Part shown: positions 1 to 13,036 of the stretch, one piece after another
How positions within the stretch are numbered: the first letter of the stretch is position 1
How the letters are laid out: every line of letters begins with the position of its first letter
Origin: the human T2T-CHM13v2.0 reference genome, Homo sapiens
Direction: 5' to 3' (one strand)
Length of the DNA stretch: 64,000 nt
Assembly: GCF_009914755.1 (NCBI RefSeq)
Contig: NC_060928.1
Made by a program: the position numbers and the translations under genes
The notes under the pieces: model-generated
The model's database searches: none
The model's input: only the letters and a program-made list of their open reading frames with translations
Told to the model about the DNA's origin: nothing

Positions 1-402
1 ATAAATTCTCCCAGAGAATAGAAGAAAAGAAAATAACTATCAACTTATTTAATGAATCCATCATAATGTTAATCTAAAACAAGACAAGAACCTGAAAAGT
101 AAGAAAGAGAATAGATGTCATGAATTCTAAGTAAGAAGTTAGCAACAAAAAATGAGAGAATGGAAAGAATGAAAGGGCTGCTATATTGTTGGAGAAAATA
201 TTTGCCACAGAATAAATGATAGAGAACTTCCATAAATCAAGAAGAAAATTTCAGACACCTCAATAAAAATAATAAAGAGTGACTTGATTATCAAAATGGG
301 AAATAAGCATTATAACATCAATAAGAGAAACACTACTGAAACAATAATGGAAACCACTACACATAAACCAGAATTGCCAAAATTAACAGTCTGACAATAT
401 CA
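1..402 (+). mobile_element. Old L1M (L1ME-like) ORF2/3' fragments
   Basis: A-rich decayed L1 ORF2-like text, e.g. ACTTATTTAATGAATCCATCATAA and ACCAGAATTGCCAAAATTAACAGTCTGACAATATCAA. Boundaries approximate. Confidence 0.55.
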
Positions 403-881
403 ACTTATGCTTTGGGAAAGAACACATTAGCTGGTATTGGACTTAGTCTGTTGATGTAAATAGCTATACAACTGCACATAATGTATAAGGCTTGTGTTTT
501 CAGACACTGGGTAACAGGCAACAGCAGAATCAGACCCTTGAGGGAAGGAAAACACATGGTGTGAGTTCCATGTTATCCTTGGTTTTGTCCTGGGACACTT
601 TCCAGAACCTGGCACAGGGAAAAGAAGCACCATGAAGACTGGCAGTTTTTCTGGGCAGTAGAGGTAGGGCTTCCAGTTTGGAGATGTTAAAGCAACTGGA
701 ATTTGCAGGGCAGAGTGCAGAATAGGAAGCAGCCCCAGAAAGGCATAAGCAGAAATCCACAAAGAGTAAGTTATCCTTGGGTTCTAGCTGAGGTGTGGGT
801 TGTGTATACGCAAAGGGTAGAAACCATGAGGTATAGCAGAAAGCAACTGTTAGAGCATCTGAAAGCCAAACAGAGGTTTAC
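384..881 (+). repeat. Arm A of a ~500-bp inverted duplication (partner 8501-8995)
   Basis: Its reverse complement aligns with 8501-8995. Hand count over 427-762: 38 mismatches in 336 nt (~89% identity), no indels. Confidence 0.95.
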
Positions 882-1235
882 AAAGGTCATATAGTGTCTG
901 AAAACATCGGAGTTCACAATGCCTGGAAACACTGGAGTTCTATTCAACCCAGAGTGAAAGTCTGCACTGACCACCTTGCACATGCAGTTGAACCTCAAAA
1001 ACGTCATGATTTAGGTGAAAGAGCCATATCCTAGAATTAAAGCTACAATTTAGAATTATGTTTACCCTAATAAAACCTAAAATCAAGCCAAACAGGATCA
1101 AAAGAATTTAATTGATTGTCATACAAAACTCAAAAATCTTTAAAATAACACAATATAACATAGACTCCTTAAAATGTATCATTAACAATGTCCAGCATAC
1201 AATCAAAAGTTATTGAACTTGTAAAAAAATCAGAT
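403..1235 (+). mobile_element. Old L1M (L1MC/MD/ME-type) 5'-end fragment
   Basis: Starts ACTTATGCTTTGGGAAAG, like old L1 5' ends. Resembles the minus-strand segment at 53420-54218 and runs into AACAATGTCCAGCATACAATCAAAAGTTA, typical of the L1M pre-ORF1 region. Confidence 0.55.
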
Positions 1236-2021
1236 GTTAAACTGCTTGATACTGCTTATAGCTCGCTGAGACTGTTCATTTTTTGAAATCAGTTTTCTCC
1301 TTATGCTTCAGTGTGAATTATTTATTTTCAAATTGACTTAATTTCACTGATATTTTCCTCTCTTATTAATAATGTACTGTCAAAGTTAATATGAAATAAC
1401 TTTTTATTTATATTTTCACATTTTTATTTATTCATATTTTTTATTTCCATGTCTTACATTTGGTTCTGTTTTAGTTTCCTTATTGCTTCTGAAATTCCCC
1501 AGAAAGAAAGGGACCCACATCTGGTGAGGGTCTTTGTGCTGACAAATCCTATGGCAGAAAGTCAAAAGTGCAAAGAGAGAAAAGCATATGCATGTGGTGA
1601 AAAACATCAATGCACAAATCCAAGTAGTACAACAAATGCTAAAATGAATGCATATAAGGGGAACAACACCTGGGAACATTGTGGCTATTCTACTGGAAAG
1701 CAATAACAAATCAAAAATCTAAAAAGTATCCAGAAGAAAAAAATAAAGGCATGTTATATTCAGGAAAACCATGACTAGAAAAAAAGGCTGATTTCTCATC
1801 ATAACGATGAAGACCAAAACATAATGGAAGGTCATTTTTAAATTGCTGAACCACAAAAGAAGGAAGGCATCAAGAAAGATTCTACATACTTCAACAATGA
1901 GAGTGAAACAAAGGTATTTTTGGATTCATTATAGGTGAGATATTTCATCACCAGTAGGTTGTATATGTAATAAATGCTAACGGAAGTGCTTCAGAAAAGT
2001 AATCCAACTTTTTATCTGGTA

Positions 2022-2212
2022 TGTTATGGGTTGAATTGTGTCCTTCAAAAGTTCATACGTTGAAGTCCTAACTTTAGTACCTCAAAATGCAAACTTGAAA
2101 ATAGGATTGTTGCAGATATAATTAAGTAGGTTAAGATGAAATCACATTGGAGTAGAGTGGACCCCTAATTCAATATGACTGAAGTACCTATTAAAAAGGG
2201 AAATTTAGACAC
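2022..2212 (+). mobile_element. MLT1 (MLT1B/C-like) MaLR LTR 5' fragment
   Basis: TGTTATGGGTTGAATTGTGTCC...GTTGAAGTCCTAAC...CCCCTAATTCAATATGACTG, the characteristic MLT1 5' end. Confidence 0.8.
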
Positions 2213-2604
2213 ATCTAATCTAAAATTTCAGAAGCAAGTTAATGGTCCATATGGCAGGAGGGAAGGTGTATAACACAAGACAGGTCACAACTCTGTTTCC
2301 TGACTTAGATCATCACTATGCAGATTTTTCACCTTGTGATAATTCATTAAGCTGTGTATTTCTAACTTATGCATTTTTCTTTATAGATGTTGCATTCAAT
2401 AAAAATTGAAAGAAAACAAGTTGACAATGAAGCAAATGACAATAATATAATTCTACTCAAGAATTACACTAACACTCTTCTAAAGGGCAAGTGATATTTC
2501 TATAAGGTTTTTTTTGTTGTTTTTTCTAACTTCAGAGTTGTGTGACCTTATCTATAGGAAGTACAATCTGTTGTACATAATAAAAATGTAAATTTTAAAA
2601 CACA

Positions 2605-3153
2605 ATTCAGATCTTGCCATAGCCTACTGAAAACTCCCAGTGACTTGTCACTAGGAACAAAAGCCACAGCATGGAAGACTTCATATGATCTGGCCCCTAG
2701 TTGTTATTCTGACTTCATTCCTTGTTTCTCACTTTGTTCCAGACCTCTAGATTCCTCCATGAACCTTGCTTAAACATACTTAGCAGGCCTCCACTCCAGG
2801 GTGCCTCCCCTTTTTACTTAGTCTGAAATGTTCTTACCTCACAAATGTGTTCCCCTGCACCATTGTTTTAATCGTGGTGTTGCTCAAGTGGCACCTCCCC
2901 AGCAAAGCCTTATCTGAACACCCTATTTTAAATTCCACCCTCACCTACCAGGTACCCTCTCTCTTCTTACTCAGCTTATTACTGACATTATGTTGCATAT
3001 TTTTGTTTATGTATTTGCACATAACACAAGAAATTTACCTGCGTGCGCGTCATTTCTTTGTTAGCATGTAAAATACGCCTGGCATAGAGTAGGCATTCTA
3101 TATATTCTTGTGAAATGACTAAATGAATGAATACATGAGTTAATGCATGAATG
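2605..3153 (+). mobile_element. L2 (L2a-like) 3' end
   Basis: ATGATCTGGCCCC, GCCTGGCATAGAGTAGGCATTC and a terminal (AATG)n-like tail. Confidence 0.75.
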
Positions 3154-3859
3154 CAATGTTTTCAGCAAAGGATTGGGAAAAAGACTGGAAAACTTTAATA
3201 CAATTTACCAATGTCAAGACACTTTTACACTCTGGGTGCACCAGGCTTCAGTTTAGCAAAGTGAAGGCAATTTGTTTACACAAAGGGGCAAAGATGTGGA
3301 ATTACTTATTAATTAAATTTCTGTGAACTAGAAAACACAGAAGCCATTGTTTACAATGCTATTGGCTGACTGCTCACATTTCTAGGTATAGCTCAGAGTA
3401 CTCCCAGGGGAAAGAAAATAAAAAAGCCTTGTTAAGAATGTAGCATTCTGCACAGATTGTTGTTAACTGTTAATTAATTTTATCTTCTCTGGGTACTCAA
3501 ATCTTTATCCCCTAGCCTAAGTATTCCTATTCGACATCTGGTAGGTCTCTTTTAACTCACGAATCTATAATTAATTTTTTGAGAATAACTAAAACTAAAT
3601 TGAGACTCCTTAGAATTGGGTGTGTCTAATTGAGACACACTGTATGTACATATAATTAGTGAAAAGGGGGTAAAAAATAATTTCTGATTCCTAACAATGG
3701 TCTCTAATGCAACAGTATCAAGAAACAAATGTTGTCCTCTCTGAATTTTCTTCTTAGTGCATAGTTTGGCTACAGACATCGGCTGTCTATGCTAAAATGT
3801 CTTCTTCTTCCTTCAGGAATCTTTCAGATTAATAATTGCAAGTATACGATTTGCAGTTA

Positions 3860-4076
3860 GGATTGGCTCCAAGTCCCAGTCTTGAAATCACTAGTTATGT
3901 TATATTGAGTGACTTACCTAAATTCTCCAAGACCCAAATCACCTTTTAAAAAAATGAGATTGTTAACTGTACATATTTTTTATGATCATCCTTATTATGA
4001 GGCGTAAAAGCAATAAGATTGTGAAATATTCAACTCTGTACTTGGCATACAGTAATCACTCAATAAATGTAAATTA
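3860..4076 (+). mobile_element. MIR SINE
   Basis: Decayed core plus 3' end TGGCATACAGTAATCACTCAATAAATGT. Confidence 0.65.
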
Positions 4077-6376
4077 GTGTAAGAGCCAAAAAGGAATAAT
4101 ATACTTATAGGATAAAATAATTTAATATATTAAGCTTATGTACTTTCTCCATATCAGACATTAAGTATTTAATCTTTATTTGTTAATTCCAAAGGGAGAC
4201 TTTGTTTTCTCTAGTGTCCTCTGCAACTTTCTGTCTTTTGTTAGAGTGCTCTGTGTCTATCACCAGCCACTCTGTGGGAATATAATTCTTTATTAAGTCA
4301 ATAAGAGGCAAGATTTATAATCCCCCTTTTGAAAGAATAGTTTCCTCTTGTTTGAGAAAGAGCTTTTCATGGCTTGGAGGCATTGCCACCATGGTACTTC
4401 CTGTGCAACACTACCAAACTTTCCCAAGGAAAGAGTAAGTCAAGGAGCTACTAGTTCATCGCTTAATGCTCCTTGTCTGGGTTGCATGGGTTACTATACA
4501 CACCAATAGCGAATAGTGTCCTCTGCTTGATATTTGGCTCTGCTCTGCCAAGGGCTTTTGCTGTTGCATTACATTTGCTCAGTCTAGTTATGTCTCTTAT
4601 ATTTTGAGACTTGGAAATGGAATGTCAGCTCTTCAGTTCCAAAGGCACCACCTGAGGCTGTTGTGTGATTCAAGTATTTTCATCTCCTCCTGCTCTTTTG
4701 CTTTGAAATCAGTAAGGTTATGTGTAATCAAAGAACAAATATGATCGCTCAAAGGAAAATTAGTGGCTGGTAAATTTAGAACTAACCCCTCATATGCGAC
4801 TTCACACAGAGATTGTTTTTCATCTTTCTCTGCATGTCACATAGCTCATCTAAATGAGAAGTACAAATGTTTTCAAAGGCAGCTCCATACATAGCTCAAA
4901 ACTGTGAAATAATGGTGAAAAAGGAGTTTTTAATGTATTGTCAGTTCTGCCCACCTGACTTTTCATAGAACCCAAGATACATTAATGATGTGAATGTGTT
5001 TTTAATGATTTTTTTATTAACTGGACAAGGTTACATCATTTAGAAGAGTATTTGAATATTCATAACATTATATAGTAAACAAGCATGATTAAGAAGGACA
5101 AATTAATCAGTAGTTGAATATCTACTCTACGGAAAATATTGTAATAGACTTTGTGAGAATACAAAGGTGACTGAAAACAGTTGCTGACTTCAAGGATTTC
5201 ACCATCAAGTTGTAGACAAGGCATAACTCTATGGAACCATAACTTTCAAATACATATACTTCCATGCTAAAAACTCAAATTAGCTATCTGAGGAAAATCC
5301 CACTGTGTAAGCCAGAGTTTGCACTATGTATATCTGGGAAATATGCCATTTGAGTAAAAAAAAAAAAAAAAAAAAAAATCCTTTTTGCAAATGGTCTTAA
5401 CATTGTGTGGAAGAAAGATTAGTAGGGGAAAAAAGTCCCAAACATCAACTCAAGAGATTACCTGTTGTAAACTGAACATTTTGCTAACTCTCAATGTTTT
5501 ACATATCTATGTTTTACATATCCCATCACCTGCCATCTCTGGTAGGCAGAGACACTTTTTAGTCCCAGCCCTGCTTTCAGAGCTATTGTGCACTTGCATC
5601 CCTGTTTCCCTGCTAGGTTCTCACTAAGGCTCAATTTCTCTCTCTGGAACTCATTATTAATTCTGTTGCCTTCATACATTCTCAACTCAGAGCTCTGCTT
5701 TCCTGAGTTCTACCTTTACATGATGTTTGAATTTTTTCTAGAGCATACCTTTATTCTTTGCCTCAGTCCCTTTTCCTGCATTATTAATATCTTCTTTTTT
5801 TCTGTTTGTTGCCTTAGTGAAAAATATAAAAGTTCATAACCACATGAAGCATTAGAAACCGCTTTTCTGGAGCTATTACTCATGACATGATGGTTGGTTT
5901 ATAGCAGTGGGTCGTATTCAAATACTAATATACACAGAAAGAACCAAATAAGTCCCAATTTATAAAATTAAATGAACTAGAACAGCATTTCAGAAGTGCC
6001 TGGTATATTTGCAAATGATCAATTTCGATTAGAAGTGTTATAAATTTAGAAAGGATATATATCTTTATGTCTGGAATGGTCTAGAACTTGCAGGGGTTAC
6101 AAAATAATCTTAGTCTCTGAAGATGGATAGGATTGAGAAAGTGAAGAGGGTTGTTTCAGTTGAAGGAAATCTATGAATAATGGTGGATGCATAAATGTTT
6201 TGTAAGCTGAACTTCATTAAGAATAATAGGGTATATGCAACTCAGGTCTAATTCTGCCAGAATTCTAGGCTTGGATCCGATTCTTCTTTCCTCTGTTTCC
6301 CAGGTGAATCCTTGGCAATATATAGAGAGTATTTGTATGTATATGAGAGAAGATGGTGGTGGGGAGGGTGGTGAGG

Positions 6377-6403
6377 AGAGAGAGAGAATGCATGTTTGCT
6401 TGT

Positions 6404-6435
<32 letters not shown>

Positions 6436-6448
6436 GCATGTGTGTGTG
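6377..6448. repeat. Compound (GA)n/(TG)n microsatellite
   Basis: GAGAGAGAGAGA followed by an interrupted (TG)n run. Confidence 0.95.
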
Positions 6449-8500
6449 AGCACCAATAGGTTTCTTCATGAGGTAATCAGATACTATTTCATTATGTGCC
6501 TCTGTGCTGACTGTGGGGATTTCATTCAATTGAAAAGTAAATGTAATAAAGCTGTAGAGAAAGGAATATTACTATATTAAAGGATAAGCTTTAAAATATA
6601 TTCCAAAGAACACTGTTAGGGGCTTAGGGGAAATCTCATTTCACTTGCTAACTTTTCTAATTCAGGCCAGGTATATAACCTGTCTCCTGAGAGGATAAAG
6701 ATATGCTGAATAAGCCTGAGTGAGACCAGCCAACACCAAGCAGAAAATGATGACCCTTCTCATCCTTTTGGTGTTCAGCAACAACACGAAGGTTAAATAG
6801 AGGGGTGTTTGTTGACATCACTGACACTACAAGTATAAATATAAAATAATGTGCTCACATCATTATCATTTCTAGTTATTTTTATGGATGTCAATGTGGC
6901 AACTAGGGGTAATCATGCCATATTTTTCATGGGACTATTTTAATACTTTGCATTGACCTATCTGATTTATAATTTTTCTGCATACAGATTTTCCTTTTTT
7001 CTAGGCATTTTAGCTTTGCTTGTCCCCATCAACATTTTCTTCACTTGTTTTTTTCACTTTCTATTCTGTAGTCTCAGACTTACTCATTGCTCATTCATTA
7101 CTCTTTGATTGAGAAAAGAGAAAAGACATCATAGAGATAATAAATAGTAGAATCAGAAGACGGAAATAAAAGATGGCAATATGATAATTATACCTCTGAT
7201 TCCTTTCTTCTGGGCTCTAGAAATTTTAAAACTCTCAGGCTTTCTTAGGGCCTTCCCACAAATAAGTTTGAGGGGAAAAAAACTGCTGATCACATCCCAA
7301 AAAAATGGCATTATTATTTCCTTACATAAGACAAACAAAAAATCTTTAGAGGCCAAGCATCAAAGATGATGAGCAACAGAAGCATATTCAATACCATCAG
7401 ATCTAAGTCCCTTTCAAGAGCACCTTCCTCTCTCTCTAAAGGGCACAATCTTCTTGTCTTCAGCTCTATTGGACAGTAGTTTAGGGAATGCAATTTTTCT
7501 ACATCTGTAAGTCCTTTTTTTCACATGAATAATTGAAAGATCCCCATCATTCTTTCATCTTGTTTTCAAGGACTCTTGAGAAAATGGATGGCCATTATCT
7601 TTTTCTCCAGTATTCAGGTTAAGCCATAGTTGCAATTCTGCCTTGTACATGGCATAAATTAAAAAAGGCAACAATCATAGATGGATGACAATCTCCATGA
7701 TTCTAGAGTGTGAATTTGAGATAGCAAGTACAGCAGCAGTACTCCATATATGAATCATGGAAGAGACATATGAGTGCATCAAATGACTACTCCTAACTCC
7801 ATGTCATAAATTAGCAAACCAGGGCCCAAAGAAATGAAGTGCTGTGACTTGACTTCACAGGTTTTTTCATGAATGTTGAGTGAGAATTGAACTCAAGACC
7901 CTAGTTTCCCATGATAAATACTTCAAGAAATAAGTGTTATATTCACCTATGAAAAATATAGCTCAAAGTATGGGGTTTTAAAATATAAATGCATTTTGAG
8001 TTTGGATTTTAATATATTTAATAATTTCTTCTCTTTCTTCAAGCAAACCTGAAAATGAGAAAGGAGCCAAAAGAAAAGTTTATCTACTACCAATTATGCA
8101 AATGATTCTTTAATATTCTACTAACTAAATATTTTTAGTAATTATTATGTACACTAAAATCTGTAGTCACATCACCATGGGAAGGTCTTTGACAGAAGAG
8201 CTCCAGAAAATAGATGCTACTTTTTTTTTTGGTCTTCAAGAAGAACCTATTACCTTCCTAGGTTCCTTTGGTTATGTTAATGAAGTAATATGAAATTTAT
8301 GAAAATAAGTTGAAGTAATGCATTGCCAGTCTGATAAATCTAGAAGAAAAATAATTCCAGATGTATTAATGAACCTTTGTGAGAATGTTGAACCACCACT
8401 TAAATAGTCTGTCTTTCCAGAGAACTCTGAGAAACACGTTACATGAGGACACATTTCATCTTAGTCAGAAGTAGGCATTAATCAAGTCTATCAAGTCTTT

Positions 8501-8995
8501 TTAAACCTCTGTTTGGCTTTCAGATGCTCTAACAGTTGCTTTCTGCTGTGCTTCATGGATTCTACCCTTTGAGTGTACACAACACAGACCTCAGCTAGAA
8601 CCCAAGGATAACCTCCATGCAGATTTCCGCTTATTCATTTCTGGGTCTTCTTCCTCTTCTGCACTCTGCCCTGCAAATTCCAATTGTTTTAACATCTTCA
8701 AACTGGAAGCTCTATCTCTACTGCCCAGAGAGACTGCCGATCTTCATGGTGCTTCACATCCCTGTGCCATGTTCTGGAAAGCGTCCCAGGACAAAACCAA
8801 GGATAACATGGAACTCATGCCATGTGTTTTCCTTCTCTCAAGGGTTTCATTCTGGTGTCACCTGTTACCCAGTGTCTGAAAACAGAAGCTTTATATATTA
8901 TGTGCAGTTGTATGGTTATTTACATCAACAGGCTAAGTCCAATACCAGCTAGTGTGTTCTCTCCTGAAGCAGAAGTTGATATTGTCAGACTGTTA
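8501..8995 (-). repeat. Arm B of the inverted duplication (copy of 384-881, L1M 5'-end derived)
   Basis: Reverse complement of 384-881, including 19 nt of flank beyond the apparent L1 5' start. Confidence 0.95.
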
Positions 8996-9074
8996 GTCCA
9001 TAGGTATCTATTGTGCCTGCGGCATGGAGGAAGCCTATGTCGTGAGACAAACACTAAGCTAGAAGTCATAATAA

Positions 9075-9235
9075 ACTCAGTTCAAGCCTTAAAATGTCAT
9101 TTCTTAGGTGTATGACCCTGGAAATGCCATTTACCATCTTTTAGCTTTAGTTTCACCTCTGCCAAAGAGAACAATATTACTTATCTCATAGGATAAAGTG
9201 AGGTTTCAACAAGATGGATATAAGACCAATATATT
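9075..9235 (+). mobile_element. MIR SINE fragment
   Basis: GTGTATGACCCTGGAAATGCCATTTACCATCTTTTAGCTTTAGTTTCACCTCTG, MIR core-like. Confidence 0.55.
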
Positions 9236-9654
9236 AGTTCTGTATTTTTTAAATTTAAAGTTGACATGATTTTGAAAACTCAGGATAAGTGACTCCTAAA
9301 ATAACTCTTGAATAAGAGATACTGGAATTTGAAATAACTTTAATCATTTGAAGAAGCCCCAGCATGTTGCCCATAGCCCAGGAAATTTATCTTAATCCCT
9401 AGTCAATCAAATGAACAAAACATATAATAAAATAATTAAATGCATAATGCTGCCTTTAAACTCAAAATCTGCCAGTGGCCTCAGAGCACACAATTATAGG
9501 AAAAAAAGGAAACTTAGCAAGGTATTTCTTGAGATATAAGTAAATATAATTTTATATTTACAATGTAACATCATAACTGTGGCAACAAATCTAATAATTC
9601 CAATAAGGCACAGGACTGAGTTGTTAAGTTGCAAACAGACAAAGATGGTGGGCT

Positions 9655-9870
9655 ACTGTGAAAACAGCATGAGAACCAGACATCCGTGGATTCAAATCGT
9701 TTCCTTTCATGTGTTATATGACATTGGACATGTTATTTGACCTTTCTGGCCTCAAATGCATTTTCCACAAAATAGAGAAAATAATACTAATCAATAATGT
9801 CAACATGAGAGTAACATGGGCTATGATATGTAATGTCCCTGGCACAAAGTAGGTATTCTACCAATATTGG
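9655..9870 (+). mobile_element. MIR SINE
   Basis: GGATTCAAATC...TGACATTGGACATGTTATTTGACCTTTCTGGCCTCA...CCTGGCACAAAGTAGG. Confidence 0.65.
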
Positions 9871-12819
9871 CAAATTTCTACCATCCTTAAAATGTTTTTC
9901 AATTTTTTAGTCTCGTAATGGATATAATAAACAAGAGTTTAAAAAAAATACTAGTTTAGTTTTTGCTGGTAAATAAATGAGATTCAGAAGTAAAAAGGAG
10001 CATACATTATCTCCACACTTGAGGAACTGTGAGAGTGTCATGCATACATCATTTAGATATTGTTCCCAATATGTCGCATGCATTGATCAAAGGATTTGTC
10101 TGTGCTAGAAATATACAGAAACTGGAGCAAAAGAATGTATTTCTGCAAATATACCTTTGCATAAATAAATAAAAGTATTCCTGTGTGTAACATTTTATTT
10201 TCCATGTAGCACAGTTATCCCCTTAAGTTGAAAGTTTAAGCATTAATAATATTACCTAGTAGTAGTAGTAATAGTTATTAATTTAACCCTTACTTATTAA
10301 AGGAAAATGCCATTTCTCACTCCAGGCACCCAAGATCAGAAATTTGGAAAGCATACTTCTAGACTTTCCTCACTCCTTCATTTCTTCTACCCCAGTGGGA
10401 GTGAAGTAAAAACTGATGGGTAACTTGGGGAAGAATAACTATAAATGCTTGGCTTATTTTCACTTTTTTCTTTGGTTAATAAGTCTATTTTCAAAGAGAA
10501 TACATTTTCTTCTTTTCTCTATGCTACCCATGAATGGGAGAGGATAAGTCTGTTTCTCAGATTCTGAATTGCCAAGTAGTGCACTTGGCTAACCAACCTA
10601 GAGGTACAATTGCCAACCTGGTCTCTGACATTATTTTGGCTTCCATTTTGATTTTTTCCTCTTAACTTGTTCAGTTTTTACCAGGGGTGAGGGGTTGAAA
10701 GAATAATTTTAGGTGGCTTTATTGACCCTAAACCCTAAATACATAGGCCAGAAATATTAAAAAATAAAACCAAAGAGTAGAATTTGGGGTAGCAAAACAT
10801 ACACTTGGAGAAGCAATCAGTAGCTTAAAGAAGAGTGGTTTGGTCCTTGGTGTTCTCATGTTGGTAATCTGCAGAGGTTAATTTTAGGTGCAGATGGGTT
10901 TTAAGACCCTGGCATTGAACAAATTGAAATATTTCAACCCCATCCCATGGTATTTTGACTGTGGTAGATGATTGCAACTTGTGGTGTTTTTGTCCAAAAG
11001 AAAAGACTATTGAGATATAAACAAAGGCCCCTGGACCTAAGGAAAGACTTCAAGGGGAGATACCAATGAGAGATGATTTGAAATGGGGAACAGAAGATGG
11101 GATCCTCAGCTAGGATCAACGAGGCCACTCAGCTCTCAGCAGAGGCAGACTATCACAAAGAGTCAAAGCTCCAGGGCCTTAGCAAGAATAGGGATCCAGA
11201 TTCGGGATGCTGCAGACCCTTTTTCAGGTGCAGCTTTTTCTAAGGAGTTATGGCTGAGGCAAATGTTCCATTGCAAGGAATAGGCCTCTTAGATCATAGC
11301 AGACAAAACAGTCTTTGCTGCTTTTAAATTGCTGGGTAGTGAAGTCCCACATATGTCTCTGAGTACTAGAGATGTTTTAGATTTAAGTTGTTATTGACAG
11401 ACATCTCTAGACCAGATGCTCCAAATTCCATTCTGCAAGTAGGGCCAAGAAAATAACAGTAGGAAGGCATATCATGAGGAATGTCCATAAACTCAAAAAA
11501 CAATTTGCCATTTCATGGTTTTAGGGTGGCACTGGATTGGACATTTCCAGATTGAGGAGGAAATTTTGTTAGGAGCAGGTTTCTTGGCAAGAGGCACTGG
11601 AAATAACCATACTGGCGTAAGACTGAAAATATGTACTTACAAGAGTATGCACCTGGCAACTGAGCTGCCACCCTTGAAAACTTCTAAACTTTGTAAGTAG
11701 ATTGCATGTCACTTTTGAAAACAAGAGGCCAGTGCATAAATGGATTACCCCTTCAGAAATGTGATTGCAGGGCACCAAAATTAACTTCTTGCTAGGAGAG
11801 TTTTCCCAATTGAGTTTAAATTCACAAGTCATGGATTTAGAACACCTGGAACAGTCCCGAGTGGCATCCTGGCAAGACTATAACCAAAAAAATTATCTTC
11901 TCCAGTCAAAAGGAATTTCATCTCTGGTCTTTGGCATCATTAAACACTTAGTTTTGCAAACATTTTTTTCCTGGAATAACTGCTTTATAAATAAGGATTC
12001 ACTTCTTACCATAACTGAAAAGATATAATAATTTTTGTTTCTTATTAACTCTTTGAACTCTACAAAGAGAGGCCCTACAAATACTCTTCAGACCATTAAA
12101 CCTTTTCTACTTACACTAGAGAAAAACAATGTAGCTGCTGGTAGAAATCAGTTCTACTCCAGCATGAAGAATAATTCTGGCTGGGACCGAACTGAAGAAG
12201 CTGAAGATATTCAATATTGTACTTTTATTTCTTTGAGTTTTGATTAAAAGAGTAACAGAACTTGATTTTTTGGACTGTGAAAGTGGCTAATATATTTAGA
12301 CTTCAGTTTCTCTCTGAGAAGTTAATAATAGGATCAAGTTTGCATACAAAAATTAGCATCTTGACATTGGCATCTTAATGTCATTTAATCTCACTACAGA
12401 ATCTCTAATATATTATGTCATAGGCTGGACAAAATCTTGAATAGAAATAGATTATGCAGTGAACTTGGGCCTTAGTTACTGAATGGCCTTAGATTGGGTT
12501 TAATTAATACATGATTTTAATCCATTTCAGAACTTTGGAGGTAAGCTCTATATTGTCCACACCTGATCCCAAGAAAATGCTCAAAAGAGCAGTGGTTAGT
12601 ACGTCAGAGTGACATCTTGAAAATGAGAGACTGTCCAAATACAGCACACTGCTAATCACTTTCCTTGAGGGATGATAGGCCCCCATTTTATCAAACCCCA
12701 TGCATTTATTGGAGCAAAAACCAGGGTGACCCTTTTCTCCTAGTTCCATGAGGAAAGATCTCCTCAAACATTCCTGGCCTCTTCTACTGTCACAGAGAGG
12801 AATAAGAGCCACAAGACTG

Positions 12820-13020
12820 TATTCAAATCCTACCTCCTTCACTTAATAATTGTGTAGCACTGAGAAAAATTAATCTCCCTCTGCTTTCCATCTCTCACTT
12901 ACAGAATGTGGACATCAAACATGTTTACAAAGATGCTGTATGGATTAAATCAAATTCTATACGTAAAGTGTTTAGAACAGTGCCTATCCAAAGTGCTGTG
13001 TAAGTATTAGCTACTATTTG
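12820..13020 (+). mobile_element. MIR SINE
   Basis: TTCAAATCCTACCTCCTTCACTTA...GTAAAGTGTTTAGAACAGTGCCT...TAGCTACTATT. Confidence 0.65.
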
Positions 13021-13036
13021 TCAAATCTCTCTACAT

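Noticed and set aside
5356-5378. Isolated A23 run (also A19 at 22352-22370) as a solo poly(A) retro-insertion or pseudogene tail
   Set aside because: No TSD or upstream element found; simple mononucleotide expansion is sufficient.
427-8952. Two paralogous 111-aa ORFs (427-762 minus, 8617-8952 plus; 87/111 identical) that look like a duplicated small gene
   Set aside because: Both lie antisense within an L1M-derived duplicated arm. Of 38 nucleotide differences only about a quarter are synonymous (24 aa changes), as expected under neutrality. One copy starts with TTG, and there is no recognisable domain.
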